Positions 9,965-19,486 of a stretch of 64,000 nt of DNA are shown piece by piece (the first letter of the stretch is position 1; the number at the start of each line of letters is the position of its first letter). The stretch comes from Candidatus Moraniibacteriota bacterium (lineage in GTDB: Bacteria > Patescibacteriota > Minisyncoccia > Moranbacterales > UBA1568): contig JBPOIB010000001.1 of NCBI GenBank assembly GCA_052034935.1, positions 172,173 to 236,172 on the forward strand. Direction: 5' to 3'. The notes under the pieces are model-generated. The model was not told the origin of the DNA, made no database searches, and worked only from the letters and a program-made list of their open reading frames with translations. Made by a program: the position numbers and the translations under genes.

Positions 9965-10005
9965 GCCCCCGCGCTCATCCGAGTGCTGGGGGCGCTTCTT
10001 TTTCT
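9965..10005 (+). terminator. intrinsic terminator (conserved-loop type)
   Basis: GCCCCC-gcgctcatccgagtgct-GGGGGC followed by TTCTTTTTCT. Confidence 0.65.
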
Positions 10006-10018
10006 CCCCAGCTGGCGG

Positions 10019-10047
10019 CTTGTCAAAAGCGGTGAAAAAGGCTAGGA
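10019..10047 (+). promoter_or_regulatory. putative promoter TTGTCA-17-TAGGAT for rplI
   Basis: -35 TTGTCA, 17-nt spacer, -10 TAGGAT, about 30 nt before the rplI start. Confidence 0.4.
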
Positions 10048-10077
10048 TAGAACATAAGTTTTGATGCATTGAATGCT

Positions 10078-10515
10078 ATGAAAGTGATCCTCGTTGTCGA
10101 TGTCCCGCGCGTCGGGAAAGCTGGTGAAATTAAAGAAGTCAAAAAAGGCTTCGCTTTCAACTATCTTCTTCCAGAAGGCTTCGCGGAGCTCGCGACGGCC
10201 GGGATGGTGAAGTCCGTCGAGAAGTCACTCGTCAAGCGAACAGCCGAGAAAGAGGCGAAGATTGCCGAACTGGCGACCTCGATGAAAAAGCTCGACGGAA
10301 TGAGGTTCACGATTGCTGCCAAAGCCGAGGACGGCAAACTCTTCGGCTCAATCAGTGCCGCCGATATCGTTGCGGCTGCCAAGGCGAGTGATGTCGAAAT
10401 CGTCGACGACATGGTGGTACTTGAGCGCCCGATCAAGACGGTCGGTGAGCACGCCGTGACGCTCGCAGCGGGAAAGTCGAAAGCGACCGTGACCGTGTCT
10501 GTTGTCGCTGAGTAA
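10078..10515 (+). CDS. rplI: 50S ribosomal protein L9
   Basis: MKVILVVDVPRVGKAGEIKEVKKGFAFNYLLP is a typical L9 N-domain; terminator hairpin follows. Confidence 0.9.
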   Translation: MKVILVVDVPRVGKAGEIKEVKKGFAFNYLLPEGFAELATAGMVKSVEKSLVKRTAEKEAKIAELATSMKKLDGMRFTIAAKAEDGKLFGSISAADIVAAAKASDVEIVDDMVVLERPIKTVGEHAVTLAAGKSKATVTVSVVAE

Positions 10516-10535
10516 TCATCAGATTCTTTGAAAAG

Positions 10536-10573
10536 GAGCCGTTCTTCACCCCCGAAGGCGGCTCTTTCTCTCT
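10536..10573 (+). terminator. intrinsic terminator
   Basis: GAGCCG-loop-CGGCTC followed by TTTCTCTCT. Confidence 0.55.
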
Positions 10574-10588
10574 AAATAAAAAAATCTT

Positions 10589-12250
10589 ATGGCTGCAGAG
10601 AAAAAACAGGGACGGTCGCGGAAATACATCTTCGTCGTGGGCGGGGTGATGAGCGGGGTCGGCAAGGGCGTGGCCGCTTCCTCGATCGGGAAAATTCTTC
10701 AGGCGAGGGGACAGGAGGTGACGGCGATCAAGATCGATCCATATATCAATGTCGATGCTGGGACGATGAATCCGACCGAGCATGGCGAGGTGTTCGTTTT
10801 GGCCGATGGCTACGAGACCGATCAGGATATGGGGAATTACGAGCGCTTCATGGGCCTCAAGCTTTCGCGCGATAATTACATGACGACCGGCTCCGTCTAT
10901 CAGCGGGTGATCGAGCGGGAACGCAATCTGGAATACCACGGCAAATGCGTCGAGGTGGTGCCACATATTCCGCTCGAGGTCATCGGGACTATCCGCCGGG
11001 CGGCGGACAAAGCTGATGCTGACGTGACGATCATCGAGATTGGCGGGACGATCGGGGAGTATCAGAACATCCTCTTCCTCGAGGCGGCTCGGATGCTGAA
11101 AAATGAGCAACCAGACGATGTTCTTTTCGTCCTCGTCTCGTACCTCCCGATCCCGAACAAGATCGGCGAAATGAAGACGAAGCCGACCCAGTATGCCTCT
11201 CGAACGCTCAATGGCGCCGGCATCCAGGCTGATTTCATCGTCGCTCGGGCCGAGCGGCCGCTTGATGACCGGCGCAAGGAAAAAATCGCCGTCTCCTGCA
11301 GCATGCGGCCGGAATCCGTCATCAGTGCGCCGGACGTCGAGAGTATCTACGATGTACCAGTCAATTTCGAAAAAGACTATCTTTCAGATGCGATTCTCGA
11401 GCGGTTGAAACTGAAGCCGAAAAAGTCTGATCTGACAGTCTGGAAAGGTAAAGTTTCCGTTATTCATCGGCTGAAGAAGGAGGTACGGATCGCTGTGGTT
11501 GGGAAATACTTCAAGACGGGGGACTACGTCCTCTCGGACGCCTATATCAGTGTCATCGAGTCACTGAAGCATGCGGCGTACGCAAATAAACGCTTGCCTA
11601 AGCTCGTTTGGATCGATTCGACCGAGTATGAAAAAGATCCGAAGAAGCTCCGGGAACTTTCCGGTTTCGACGGTGTGCTCATTCCGGGCGGTTTCGGCGC
11701 ACGGGGGGTTGAGGGGAAAATCCTCGCGATCGAATTCTGCCGAAAAAAAGGAATTCCGTATTTCGGTATCTGTTATGGCATGCAGCTCGCGGTCATCGAG
11801 TATGCCCGGCATATCGCGGGCCTCGCAGGGGCGAACACGGCGGAAGTTGATCCGAAGTCGCTACACCTTGTGATCGATGTGATGCCCGAACAGAAAGCCA
11901 AGATCGCGAGGAAAGAATATGGCGGCACGATGCGACTCGGTGAGTACCCAGCTATTCTGAAGAAGGGTACGCTCGCTGAAAAAGCTTATGCGGCTAAAAA
12001 GATCATTGAGCGTCATCGACACCGCTATGAAGTAAACCCGGAATACATCGACCGGCTCGCTGAAGCGGGAATGGTGTTCTCCGGTACTTCTCCAGATGGC
12101 GTCCTCATGGAAATCGCCGAACTGCCGAAGTCGGTCCACCCCTTCTTCGTCGGTGTGCAGTTTCATCCCGAATTCCAGTCGTCTATCCTCGCGCCCCACC
12201 CAATCTTTAGCGCCTTCATCAAAGCGGCGATCAAGCATCGGAAGAAGTAG
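10589..12250 (+). CDS. pyrG: CTP synthase
   Basis: N-terminal GGVMSGVGKG P-loop, C-terminal glutamine amidotransferase GICYGMQ, full length 553 aa. Confidence 0.95.
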   Translation: MAAEKKQGRSRKYIFVVGGVMSGVGKGVAASSIGKILQARGQEVTAIKIDPYINVDAGTMNPTEHGEVFVLADGYETDQDMGNYERFMGLKLSRDNYMTTGSVYQRVIERERNLEYHGKCVEVVPHIPLEVIGTIRRAADKADADVTIIEIGGTIGEYQNILFLEAARMLKNEQPDDVLFVLVSYLPIPNKIGEMKTKPTQYASRTLNGAGIQADFIVARAERPLDDRRKEKIAVSCSMRPESVISAPDVESIYDVPVNFEKDYLSDAILERLKLKPKKSDLTVWKGKVSVIHRLKKEVRIAVVGKYFKTGDYVLSDAYISVIESLKHAAYANKRLPKLVWIDSTEYEKDPKKLRELSGFDGVLIPGGFGARGVEGKILAIEFCRKKGIPYFGICYGMQLAVIEYARHIAGLAGANTAEVDPKSLHLVIDVMPEQKAKIARKEYGGTMRLGEYPAILKKGTLAEKAYAAKKIIERHRHRYEVNPEYIDRLAEAGMVFSGTSPDGVLMEIAELPKSVHPFFVGVQFHPEFQSSILAPHPIFSAFIKAAIKHRKK

Positions 12251-12253
12251 TCT

Positions 12254-12718
12254 ATGAACTTTGAACAACCTCAGGAGGATAAGGTTGTGTCCCGGATAAA
12301 CTGGGTGAAGCCGGACATTGACTATGAATATGGTGAAATTGAAAGGGTTGCTGAGCATTTTGGAAAAACCACTCAAGAAAAATTGAGAATTCGAGAAGAG
12401 CTTTCTCGGGGCGCTCAGCAGGCAGAAATGATTGATTTGACAGAAGACTTGTGGCAAGAGCTTGAGAATACCGATTCGTTCGATGTCGCACTCGATGACT
12501 ATACATCTATTCGTGATTGTGTAGAGGCGTGTAATCGAAATTACCAAGCACGTGTTGTTCCGCAGATTAAAAAGATCAATAGCGGGGGTAATATAAGCGC
12601 CCCTATAATTGCTCGGTATGGAGGTGTGCTGCACCTTGTAGCAGGCAATACACGTCTCATGCTCGCTCGTGCGGCCGGGCAGACACCGAAAGTTGTTATT
12701 GTTCAGTTGACTCAATAA
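12254..12718 (+). CDS. hypothetical protein with ParB/Srx-like motif; AT-rich gene
   Basis: GGVLHLVAGNTRLMLARAAG resembles the ParB N-terminal/sulfiredoxin fold motif; about 42% GC against about 57% for flanking pyrG. Confidence 0.45.
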   Translation: MNFEQPQEDKVVSRINWVKPDIDYEYGEIERVAEHFGKTTQEKLRIREELSRGAQQAEMIDLTEDLWQELENTDSFDVALDDYTSIRDCVEACNRNYQARVVPQIKKINSGGNISAPIIARYGGVLHLVAGNTRLMLARAAGQTPKVVIVQLTQ

Positions 12719-12748
12719 AACTCAGGAGTATACGCCTCTTGCCTAGAA

Positions 12749-12778
12749 TAAAAAAACCTCCCGATCGGGAGGTTTTTG
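12749..12778. terminator. bidirectional intrinsic terminator
   Basis: AAAAAA-CCTCCCGATCGGGAGG-TTTTT between convergent genes. Confidence 0.7.
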
Positions 12779-12795
12779 CTTCAGAAGAAAACTCT

Positions 12796-13083
12796 TTAGG
12801 CGGCTTCGGCGGGGATGACATGGACGAACATCCGCTTTTCGAGCTTGCCGGTAAAAGCCTCGACTTTACGCTCTTCGAATTTCACCATGCCGTCAACGAG
12901 AGCGAAAAGGGTGTCGTCAGCACCACGTGAAACGTTTTTTCCGGCGTGATACTTGGTGCCGCGCTGGCGAACGATGATGTTGCCTTCCATAGCGATTTGG
13001 TCGCCATAAATCTTGACGCCGAGGCGCTTCGAGATTGAGTCACGACCAAGAGCGGTTGATCCACCTGCTTTTCTGGTTGCCAT
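12796..13083 (-). CDS. rpmA: 50S ribosomal protein L27 (with C-terminal extension)
   Basis: [10 protein letters not shown]...RLGVK..G.....[17 protein letters not shown] matches the L27 signature. Confidence 0.9.
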   Translation of the reverse strand: MATRKAGGSTALGRDSISKRLGVKIYGDQIAMEGNIIVRQRGTKYHAGKNVSRGADDTLFALVDGMVKFEERKVEAFTGKLEKRMFVHVIPAEAA

Positions 13084-13160
13084 ATTCGAGATTGTGGCCT
13101 ACAATGGGCCTTCAAAAGATGTATGGGGACAGTATAGCGATTTACTGGTCAGGTGTCAAT

Positions 13161-13580
13161 ATGAGTATGCATACGGAGCGCATAAAGGAATACTTTGGAC
13201 AGCTTTCGGGCTACTTTTCAAAAATTTGGCTTGGTATAGCTTTTTTTCTGGTGGCAGCCCTTTCTTTTGAAGCGGGGGTGCTCCAAAAGAGCCTCGAGGA
13301 GCCCTTGCCGATTATTATCGCCGCTCCGAATGTGCTTCCTTCGTCGGCCGTGCCGGAGCGGATTCCTACTGATTCAAATGCGTCGGCCAAATCAGTCGAT
13401 GCCACTCCGCCCGCTAGTTTGGATAAAGTGGAGTGCAGTTTCGTCGGAAGTAAAAACTCAAACAAGTATCATGTTCCAACAACGCGTTGCGCCAAACAGA
13501 TTAAACCGGAGAATCGGGTCTGCTTTGCCTCGGTGGATGCCGCGAAGGCGAAAGGGTATCTGCCTGGCTGCCTGGAGTAG
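13161..13580 (+). CDS. membrane-anchored protein with C-terminal Ada-like zinc-binding domain
   Basis: N-terminal TM helix; C-terminal YHVPTTRCAKQIKPENRVCFASVDAAKAKGYLPGC follows the Ada N-terminal metal-binding pattern as I recall it. Confidence 0.5.
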   Translation: MSMHTERIKEYFGQLSGYFSKIWLGIAFFLVAALSFEAGVLQKSLEEPLPIIIAAPNVLPSSAVPERIPTDSNASAKSVDATPPASLDKVECSFVGSKNSNKYHVPTTRCAKQIKPENRVCFASVDAAKAKGYLPGCLE

Positions 13581-13610
13581 CGAAGGGCGAGAGTGTGGCA
13601 TAATGAATGC

Positions 13611-14816
13611 ATGCTTGAAGAAGAGAAACAAAAAAACAAAGAAGTTTTCGACCGCAGAAAAGTCCGACTGATTTCTTTCATCTCGTTCACTCTCGGATTT
13701 CTTGACGCCTTTCTCATCTATATCCTTTCTTCATACTTCTCTGTTATTTCAGGTGAAGGCATGGTCGGTGGATTCTACTTCGTCGCGTTCGTCATCGTCT
13801 TGTGGCTGCTCATGCATCTCCAGCCGCTCGTCCACGGAGTCGGGTCGGTCCGTCTGCTTGCACTGCTCCTTTCCGGTCTGATTGCCTCGAGCTTCTACCT
13901 CAGTCTCGGCAATCCGTCCTGGGTGGGTGCGGCCGTGCTTCTCGCCTATATGATCTGCGGTAATCTTGCCTGGTCAGTACTTGATGTGCTGCTTGAAGAC
14001 TTCTCCACCGACCAGGTCTCGGGCCGAGTGCGCGGCTTCTATCTCACTATCCTGAACCTGGGAGTAATTTTGGCACCAATCCTGTCGACGAAAACACTTT
14101 CTCTGGCGGGGTATTCGGGCATCTTCACGACGCTTGCTTTCGGTTACGGACTCGTGCTTCTCGTTACCCTTATCGGCTTACGGGGACATGTGACAGCCCG
14201 TCTCCCGCGGATCGTCTTTGGGGAAACGCTTCGGAAGGTGGTCAAGCAAAAAAACCTTCTCCTTATTTATGCGGTTTCATGGACGCTCGAGTTTTTCTAC
14301 GCTGTCATGATCGTCTACGCGCCGATCCTGCTCCTGTCCCAGGGCTTCGAGTGGAGTGCGATTGGTATCATCTTCACCGTTATGCTTATCCCGTTCGTCG
14401 TACTCCAGTACCCGCTGGGTATTCTCGCGGACAAGCGCTTCGGTGAAAAGGAACTACTCTTTGTCGCACTTGTCACCATGGGTATAGCGACTACCATCGT
14501 CGGTTTCACCCGTTCGACCGATATTATGTTTTGGGCCGCGCTTCTCTTCATGACTCGACTCGGTGCGGCAGCAATCGAGGTTCTCCGCGACTCGTATTTT
14601 TACAAGCAGATCGGGCCCGGCGATACCGACATTGTCGCTTTTTTCCGAACCGCCCGCCCGACCGCGAATATCTTCGGCGCCGGTGCTTCGCTTTTCTTCC
14701 TCGCCTTCTTCAGCGTCCATAGTCTGTTCTACCTGGTTGGCGCCATCGCTCTCGGAGTTTGTTTCGCGGTACTTCGGCTCGATGACACAAAAAGCGAACG
14801 TGAGCAGGGGGCATGA
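13611..14816 (+). CDS. MFS-type transporter
   Basis: 12 predicted TM helices; typical MFS loop 2-3 region (GRVRGFY); roughly 400 aa. Confidence 0.7.
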   Translation: MLEEEKQKNKEVFDRRKVRLISFISFTLGFLDAFLIYILSSYFSVISGEGMVGGFYFVAFVIVLWLLMHLQPLVHGVGSVRLLALLLSGLIASSFYLSLGNPSWVGAAVLLAYMICGNLAWSVLDVLLEDFSTDQVSGRVRGFYLTILNLGVILAPILSTKTLSLAGYSGIFTTLAFGYGLVLLVTLIGLRGHVTARLPRIVFGETLRKVVKQKNLLLIYAVSWTLEFFYAVMIVYAPILLLSQGFEWSAIGIIFTVMLIPFVVLQYPLGILADKRFGEKELLFVALVTMGIATTIVGFTRSTDIMFWAALLFMTRLGAAAIEVLRDSYFYKQIGPGDTDIVAFFRTARPTANIFGAGASLFFLAFFSVHSLFYLVGAIALGVCFAVLRLDDTKSEREQGA

Positions 14817-14885
14817 CTATTTTGAGAACCGCAGAAAGCTGCTTTTTCGCCTAGCCTAAAGGGAAATCTGCGTGCTATCATAGGC

Positions 14886-15602
14886 ATGAAACCTATGGCA
14901 TACGCAGTGCGTCTGGAGCAGTTCGAGGGGCCGCTCGAGCTTCTCTTGCAGCTTATCGAAAAGGAAAAGCTCGATGTCACGCGGGTTTCTTTGGCGAGTG
15001 TCGCGGATCAGTTCCTCGAATACATCGGGCGGCAGGGGGATGTGCCGCTTTCACATCTTGCTTCATTCCTTTCGGTCGCTTCTCGTCTCCTTCTTCTGAA
15101 ATCGCGGGCGCTTCTGCCGCTTCTCGAATTCACCGAAGAGGAAGAACAATCCATCGAGGATCTCGAGTGGCAGCTCCGTGAGTATGCACGTTTCCGGGAT
15201 GCGAGCACCGCGCTCGGACTCCTGTTCGCCAAGAATGACCGGGCGCATGCCCGCGAAAGTTTTCTTGGGGCGAGCGCTGTCTTTTATCCGCCGAAAACGC
15301 TGACGACAAACGTCCTCGCCGAAGCCTTCCGCTCGGTGCTTGGCGAGATACCACTCCTCGAAAAACTTGAAGAAGAGTCAATCCGCGAAGTCGTATCATT
15401 GGAGGAAAAGATGCTCGAGCTTCGGGCCACACTTTCGAGCCGGATGCAGATGTCTTTCCAGCAGATGACGGCGGACGTTGAAGGGAAAATCGAGGTGATC
15501 GTTGCTTTCCTCGCGGTACTTGAGCTCGTCAAACAACGTTTTGTTCGAGCCGAACAATCCGGATCGTTTCATGATATCGCCTTGCATCACGAACAAACAT
15601 AA
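14886..15602 (+). CDS. scpA: segregation and condensation protein A
   Basis: FEGPLELLLQLIEKEKLDVTRVSLASVADQFLEY is a canonical ScpA N-terminus. Confidence 0.85.
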   Translation: MKPMAYAVRLEQFEGPLELLLQLIEKEKLDVTRVSLASVADQFLEYIGRQGDVPLSHLASFLSVASRLLLLKSRALLPLLEFTEEEEQSIEDLEWQLREYARFRDASTALGLLFAKNDRAHARESFLGASAVFYPPKTLTTNVLAEAFRSVLGEIPLLEKLEEESIREVVSLEEKMLELRATLSSRMQMSFQQMTADVEGKIEVIVAFLAVLELVKQRFVRAEQSGSFHDIALHHEQT

Positions 15603-15621
15603 GTGAAATTTTGGATACTTT

Positions 15622-16203
15622 ATGAGTGAACTTTCTCAGCAAGCCGGAATTGAAGCGCTTCTCTTCATCAGTGGAGAGCCGGTTTCGCATGCGCGTCTTA
15701 TGACACTTCTCGGGCTCGATAAATCGGGCTTAGAAAGAGAAATAGCCACGCTCCGTGAGCGGTATGTGACCAGTCCTGACACAGGACTCATGCTCATCGA
15801 ACACGAGAGCAAGATTGAACTGGCGACGAAGCCAGCGGCCGCAAGACTGGTCGAAGCATTGACGAAGTCGACCCTCCAAGAATCGCTTTCTAAGGCGGCA
15901 CTCGAAGTCCTCTCCATCATCGCCTACCGTAGCCCGATCGCTCGTGCAGAAATCGAAGCTATCCGGGGAGTGAACTGCAGCTACACGCTTCGAGCGCTTC
16001 TCTTGCGCGGTCTCATTGAACGTCAGGGGAATCCGGATGATGCGCGGGGCTACGTCTATCGGCCGACCTTCACCTTTCTCGAACATCTCGGCGTGGCAGG
16101 GGTTGAGGATCTACCTGATTTCGCCAGCCTCTCTCTTGATCCACGGATGAATATCGTTGGAACAGAAGAACCGGTAAATACCGAAACACCCAAAGCATCA
16201 TGA
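15622..16203 (+). CDS. scpB: segregation and condensation protein B
   Basis: IEALLFISGEPVS...winged-helix repeats; immediately follows scpA. Confidence 0.85.
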   Translation: MSELSQQAGIEALLFISGEPVSHARLMTLLGLDKSGLEREIATLRERYVTSPDTGLMLIEHESKIELATKPAAARLVEALTKSTLQESLSKAALEVLSIIAYRSPIARAEIEAIRGVNCSYTLRALLLRGLIERQGNPDDARGYVYRPTFTFLEHLGVAGVEDLPDFASLSLDPRMNIVGTEEPVNTETPKAS

Positions 16204-17240
16204 TACTTCGCGCCATCCTCACTCTTGCAATCATCGCGGCCGTGGGACTCTTTACTCTCAAGGAACGACCCGAGCTTCTCTATAGCTTTCTCATGAGCGA
16301 ATCGGTTACCGGACTCTTCTCATCTGAAGAAGAGATGATTCCGGCTGAACCGACACCCGGCCTTTCGATGCCCTCAATTCCCTTCCTCCCGGAAAGCCGC
16401 TCGCTGTCGGCTACTTTTCAGCCGATAATTCGCGACTATGCGGCTCGACTCTCCGTCCCAACCGCGCATGCTTCCGTTATTATGGATGCCAACTCTGGCA
16501 AGGTACTCTATGACCGCAACGCTGAAGACCGGCGGCAGATTGCATCATTGACGAAGCTCTTTACGGCACTTATCGTCGTGGAAAGAGTGCCTGACCTTTC
16601 GGCACTTGTGACGATTGATGAAGAGGCGGTATATACGATAGGAACGCGTATCGGCTGTCCGCGTTCGGGGTACTGTCCGGGTGTGCGGTTTGCGGTTGGG
16701 GAACAGCTCACAGTACACGATCTACTCAAAGCGGCGCTTATGCAGAGTGCGAACGACGCCGCGATTGCACTCGGGAAGCATGTCGGCGGGACTCAGGATG
16801 GATTCGCAGCGGTGATGAATGCACGCGCTCAAGAGCTTGGCCTGACGGATTCGCTCTTTTGTACGCCATCCGGGCTTGAAATCGACGGAGCCGAAAATCG
16901 TTGCTATTCTTCAGCTCGCGACATTGCCATTATTGCGAGTGAGGCTCTAAAGCACCCGATTCTCTGGGAAATCATGAAGATTGAAAAGACGGATATCGTT
17001 TCGGCTGATGGAAAACTGACCCACGAAGTGTTCAATACGGATCAGTTCATCGGCAGTATGCCGAACCTGGTCGGTACCAAGACTGGCTTCACGCCTCTCG
17101 CTGGATACTCGCTTCTGGCGGTTGCTACCGATCCGTCGGGCGAGCATCCAGTTATTGCGGTTGTACTGAATGATCCGTACCGCTGGGACAGTATCCGGTC
17201 GATGTTCGATTGGAGTTTCGAATCGTTTGACTGGATATAG
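16200..17240 (+). CDS. D-alanyl-D-alanine carboxypeptidase (S11, PBP5/6 family)
   Basis: SxxK (ASLTK), SxN (SAND) and KTG (KTGFT) motifs; N-terminal TM anchor. Confidence 0.85.
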   Translation: MILRAILTLAIIAAVGLFTLKERPELLYSFLMSESVTGLFSSEEEMIPAEPTPGLSMPSIPFLPESRSLSATFQPIIRDYAARLSVPTAHASVIMDANSGKVLYDRNAEDRRQIASLTKLFTALIVVERVPDLSALVTIDEEAVYTIGTRIGCPRSGYCPGVRFAVGEQLTVHDLLKAALMQSANDAAIALGKHVGGTQDGFAAVMNARAQELGLTDSLFCTPSGLEIDGAENRCYSSARDIAIIASEALKHPILWEIMKIEKTDIVSADGKLTHEVFNTDQFIGSMPNLVGTKTGFTPLAGYSLLAVATDPSGEHPVIAVVLNDPYRWDSIRSMFDWSFESFDWI

Positions 17241-17256
17241 TTAATATTTTCTCCGT

Positions 17257-18366
17257 ATGGACGCTCTCGCTTTCGCTCAGATCCAATCGCTTCCGATCGT
17301 CATGAATGTGATGAAAGTCCTCATCACAGGACTACTCGCTTTCGTTCTCGCTTTTCTCCTGACCCCGCTCTGGACCCATATCCTGTACAAGTACAAGATC
17401 GGCATCAAGATCAAGGAGACGGGCGTTTCGGGTGATAAGCTGAATTTTGTTTCGAGCCTGCATGCCTGGAAAGCAGGGACGCCGACGATGGGTGGCGTGA
17501 TTATTTGGGCGACTGTCTTTCTCCTAGCCTTCATGTCGGAGTGGGTCTTTCCGCTCATCGCTCTGCTCTTCGATACGAACTTTATCGCCCGTCTCGATTT
17601 CTTGAAGCGTTCTCAGACCTGGCTGCCGCTCTTCACGCTGGTGACGGCCGGAGCTCTCGGGCTCATCGATGATTACATGAGCGTTCGAGGAATTGGAACA
17701 AATAAGGGTGGAGGAATGCGTTTCCTTGCTCGCTTCTGGTGGCTCATCGCCATCGCCGGACTCGGTGCTTGGTGGTTCTATTCCAAGCTCGGCTGGGACA
17801 TGATCCATGTACCGGCAGTCGGTGACTTTTCGATTGGTTGGTGGTATATCCCGCTCTTCATCTTCGTCATCCTCTTCGCGTCGATCTCTTCGAATGAGAC
17901 CGATGGTCTCGATGGGCTGAACGGCGGTGTGTTGCTCATCGCATTCAGCTCCTTCTCTTTCATCGCTTTCATGCATAACAAAGTCGACCTCGCGAGCTTC
18001 TGCGCCGCGGTCGCCGGAGCGCTGCTTGCTTTCCTCTGGTTCAACATCTATCCGGCTCGTTTCTTCATGGGCGATACCGGCGCGATTGCTCTCGGTACAA
18101 CGCTTGGCGTTGTCGCGATGCTGACCAATTCAGCTCTCGTGCTTTTTGTTATCGTCTTCATCTATGTCCTTGAGTCCGGAAGCGCGGCGATTCAGATGTT
18201 CTCAAAGCGTTTTCGGGGCAAGAAAGTCTTTCTGGCTGCACCGCTGCATCATCATTTCGAAGCCAAGGGATGGCCTGAGCCAAAAGTCGTGATGCGGGCC
18301 TGGATTTTCACCGCGCTTACCGCGCTTGTGGGGGTCGTCATCGGTGTGCTCGGTATGGGAAGCTAA
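17257..18366 (+). CDS. mraY: phospho-N-acetylmuramoyl-pentapeptide transferase
   Basis: 10 TM helices; NETDGLDGL motif; C-terminal HHHFE-like motif (LHHHFEAKGW). Confidence 0.9.
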   Translation: MDALAFAQIQSLPIVMNVMKVLITGLLAFVLAFLLTPLWTHILYKYKIGIKIKETGVSGDKLNFVSSLHAWKAGTPTMGGVIIWATVFLLAFMSEWVFPLIALLFDTNFIARLDFLKRSQTWLPLFTLVTAGALGLIDDYMSVRGIGTNKGGGMRFLARFWWLIAIAGLGAWWFYSKLGWDMIHVPAVGDFSIGWWYIPLFIFVILFASISSNETDGLDGLNGGVLLIAFSSFSFIAFMHNKVDLASFCAAVAGALLAFLWFNIYPARFFMGDTGAIALGTTLGVVAMLTNSALVLFVIVFIYVLESGSAAIQMFSKRFRGKKVFLAAPLHHHFEAKGWPEPKVVMRAWIFTALTALVGVVIGVLGMGS

Positions 18367-18394
18367 TTGAGATAAAAAACGTATATACATACAT

Positions 18395-19447
18395 ATGCAG
18401 CTCAAAGGCATTACAACACTGGACTTCAAAGGAAAAAATGTCCTCATGCGCGTCGATTTTAATGTCGAACTCAATGATCTCGCTCATGTCCAGGAGGGAT
18501 TCAAGCTCGAAGTGGCACGAAAGACGATCGACTCCGTTCTTGCTTCCGGCGCTCGAAGCATCGCGCTTTTGACCCATTTCGGCCGGCCCGAAGGAGCTCC
18601 AGACCCCCAGTTCTCAGTCGAACGTTTAGCGGGCGAAGTGATGCGCGTTCTCGGGCGGCCGGTCCGGTTCATTCCGAGTTGTCAGGGGCCAGTAGTCGCG
18701 GCGGCGGTTACGGAGGTAGTCAATGGCGAAATTCTTCTCCTTGAAAATGTACGTTTCGAACCCGGAGAGATGACGAATGATGCCGTGTTCGCAGCAGCGC
18801 TCGCGGAGCCGTTTGACCTTTATATCAATGAGGCTTTCGGAGTTTCTCATCGAAAGCACGCCTCAGTTGTTGCGGTGACCGCGCAGCTGCCATCGGCGGC
18901 GGGCCATCATCTCATGGAGGAAACTGAGCGGCTGGATGCGGTTCGCTTCAATCCAGCTCGGCCGGCAATCGCGATTATCGGTGGGGCCAAGATAGAGACA
19001 AAACTGCCGCTCATCCGGGCGCTGGAAGCGACCTACGACTGCGTTTTGGTCGGGGGGAAAATCGCGAATGAGGCGCTCGACCAGAAGATCCAGTTCTCGG
19101 AAAAAGTTCTTCTTCCACAGGATTTCGATTCGTCAGCGCGGCTCGATATCGGCAAGACGACGGCATCCTACTATGCGGCCATCATCAAGAAGGCAAAGAC
19201 TGTCGTTTGGAACGGACCGATGGGAAAGTTCGAGGAGAAGCCGTACGACTTCGGTACGCAGGTCGTGCTCGATGCGATTCTCGAAAGCGAGGCCTACGTG
19301 ATCATCGGCGGCGGCGAATCGCTTGCGGTACTCGAAAAGGCGGGCGTTTTCAACCGGATTGGCTTCGTGTCGAGCGGCGGCGGGGCGATGCTCGAGTACA
19401 TGGCCGGAAATGACTTACCTGGTCTCCAGCCGCTCAAGGCCGCATGA
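18395..19447 (+). CDS. pgk: phosphoglycerate kinase (short form)
   Basis: GKNVLMRVDFNVELND...LLTHFGRPEG is a PGK N-domain; C-domain GGGESLAV...GGGAMLEY. Confidence 0.9.
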   Translation: MQLKGITTLDFKGKNVLMRVDFNVELNDLAHVQEGFKLEVARKTIDSVLASGARSIALLTHFGRPEGAPDPQFSVERLAGEVMRVLGRPVRFIPSCQGPVVAAAVTEVVNGEILLLENVRFEPGEMTNDAVFAAALAEPFDLYINEAFGVSHRKHASVVAVTAQLPSAAGHHLMEETERLDAVRFNPARPAIAIIGGAKIETKLPLIRALEATYDCVLVGGKIANEALDQKIQFSEKVLLPQDFDSSARLDIGKTTASYYAAIIKKAKTVVWNGPMGKFEEKPYDFGTQVVLDAILESEAYVIIGGGESLAVLEKAGVFNRIGFVSSGGGAMLEYMAGNDLPGLQPLKAA

Positions 19448-19486
19448 TAGAATTTGAATACAGAAACTGTTAAAACACTCAATGTT

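Noticed and set aside
11861-12715. 284-aa minus-strand ORF
   Set aside because: Antisense to pyrG and the ParB-like gene; the strongly supported pyrG reading frame is on the other strand.
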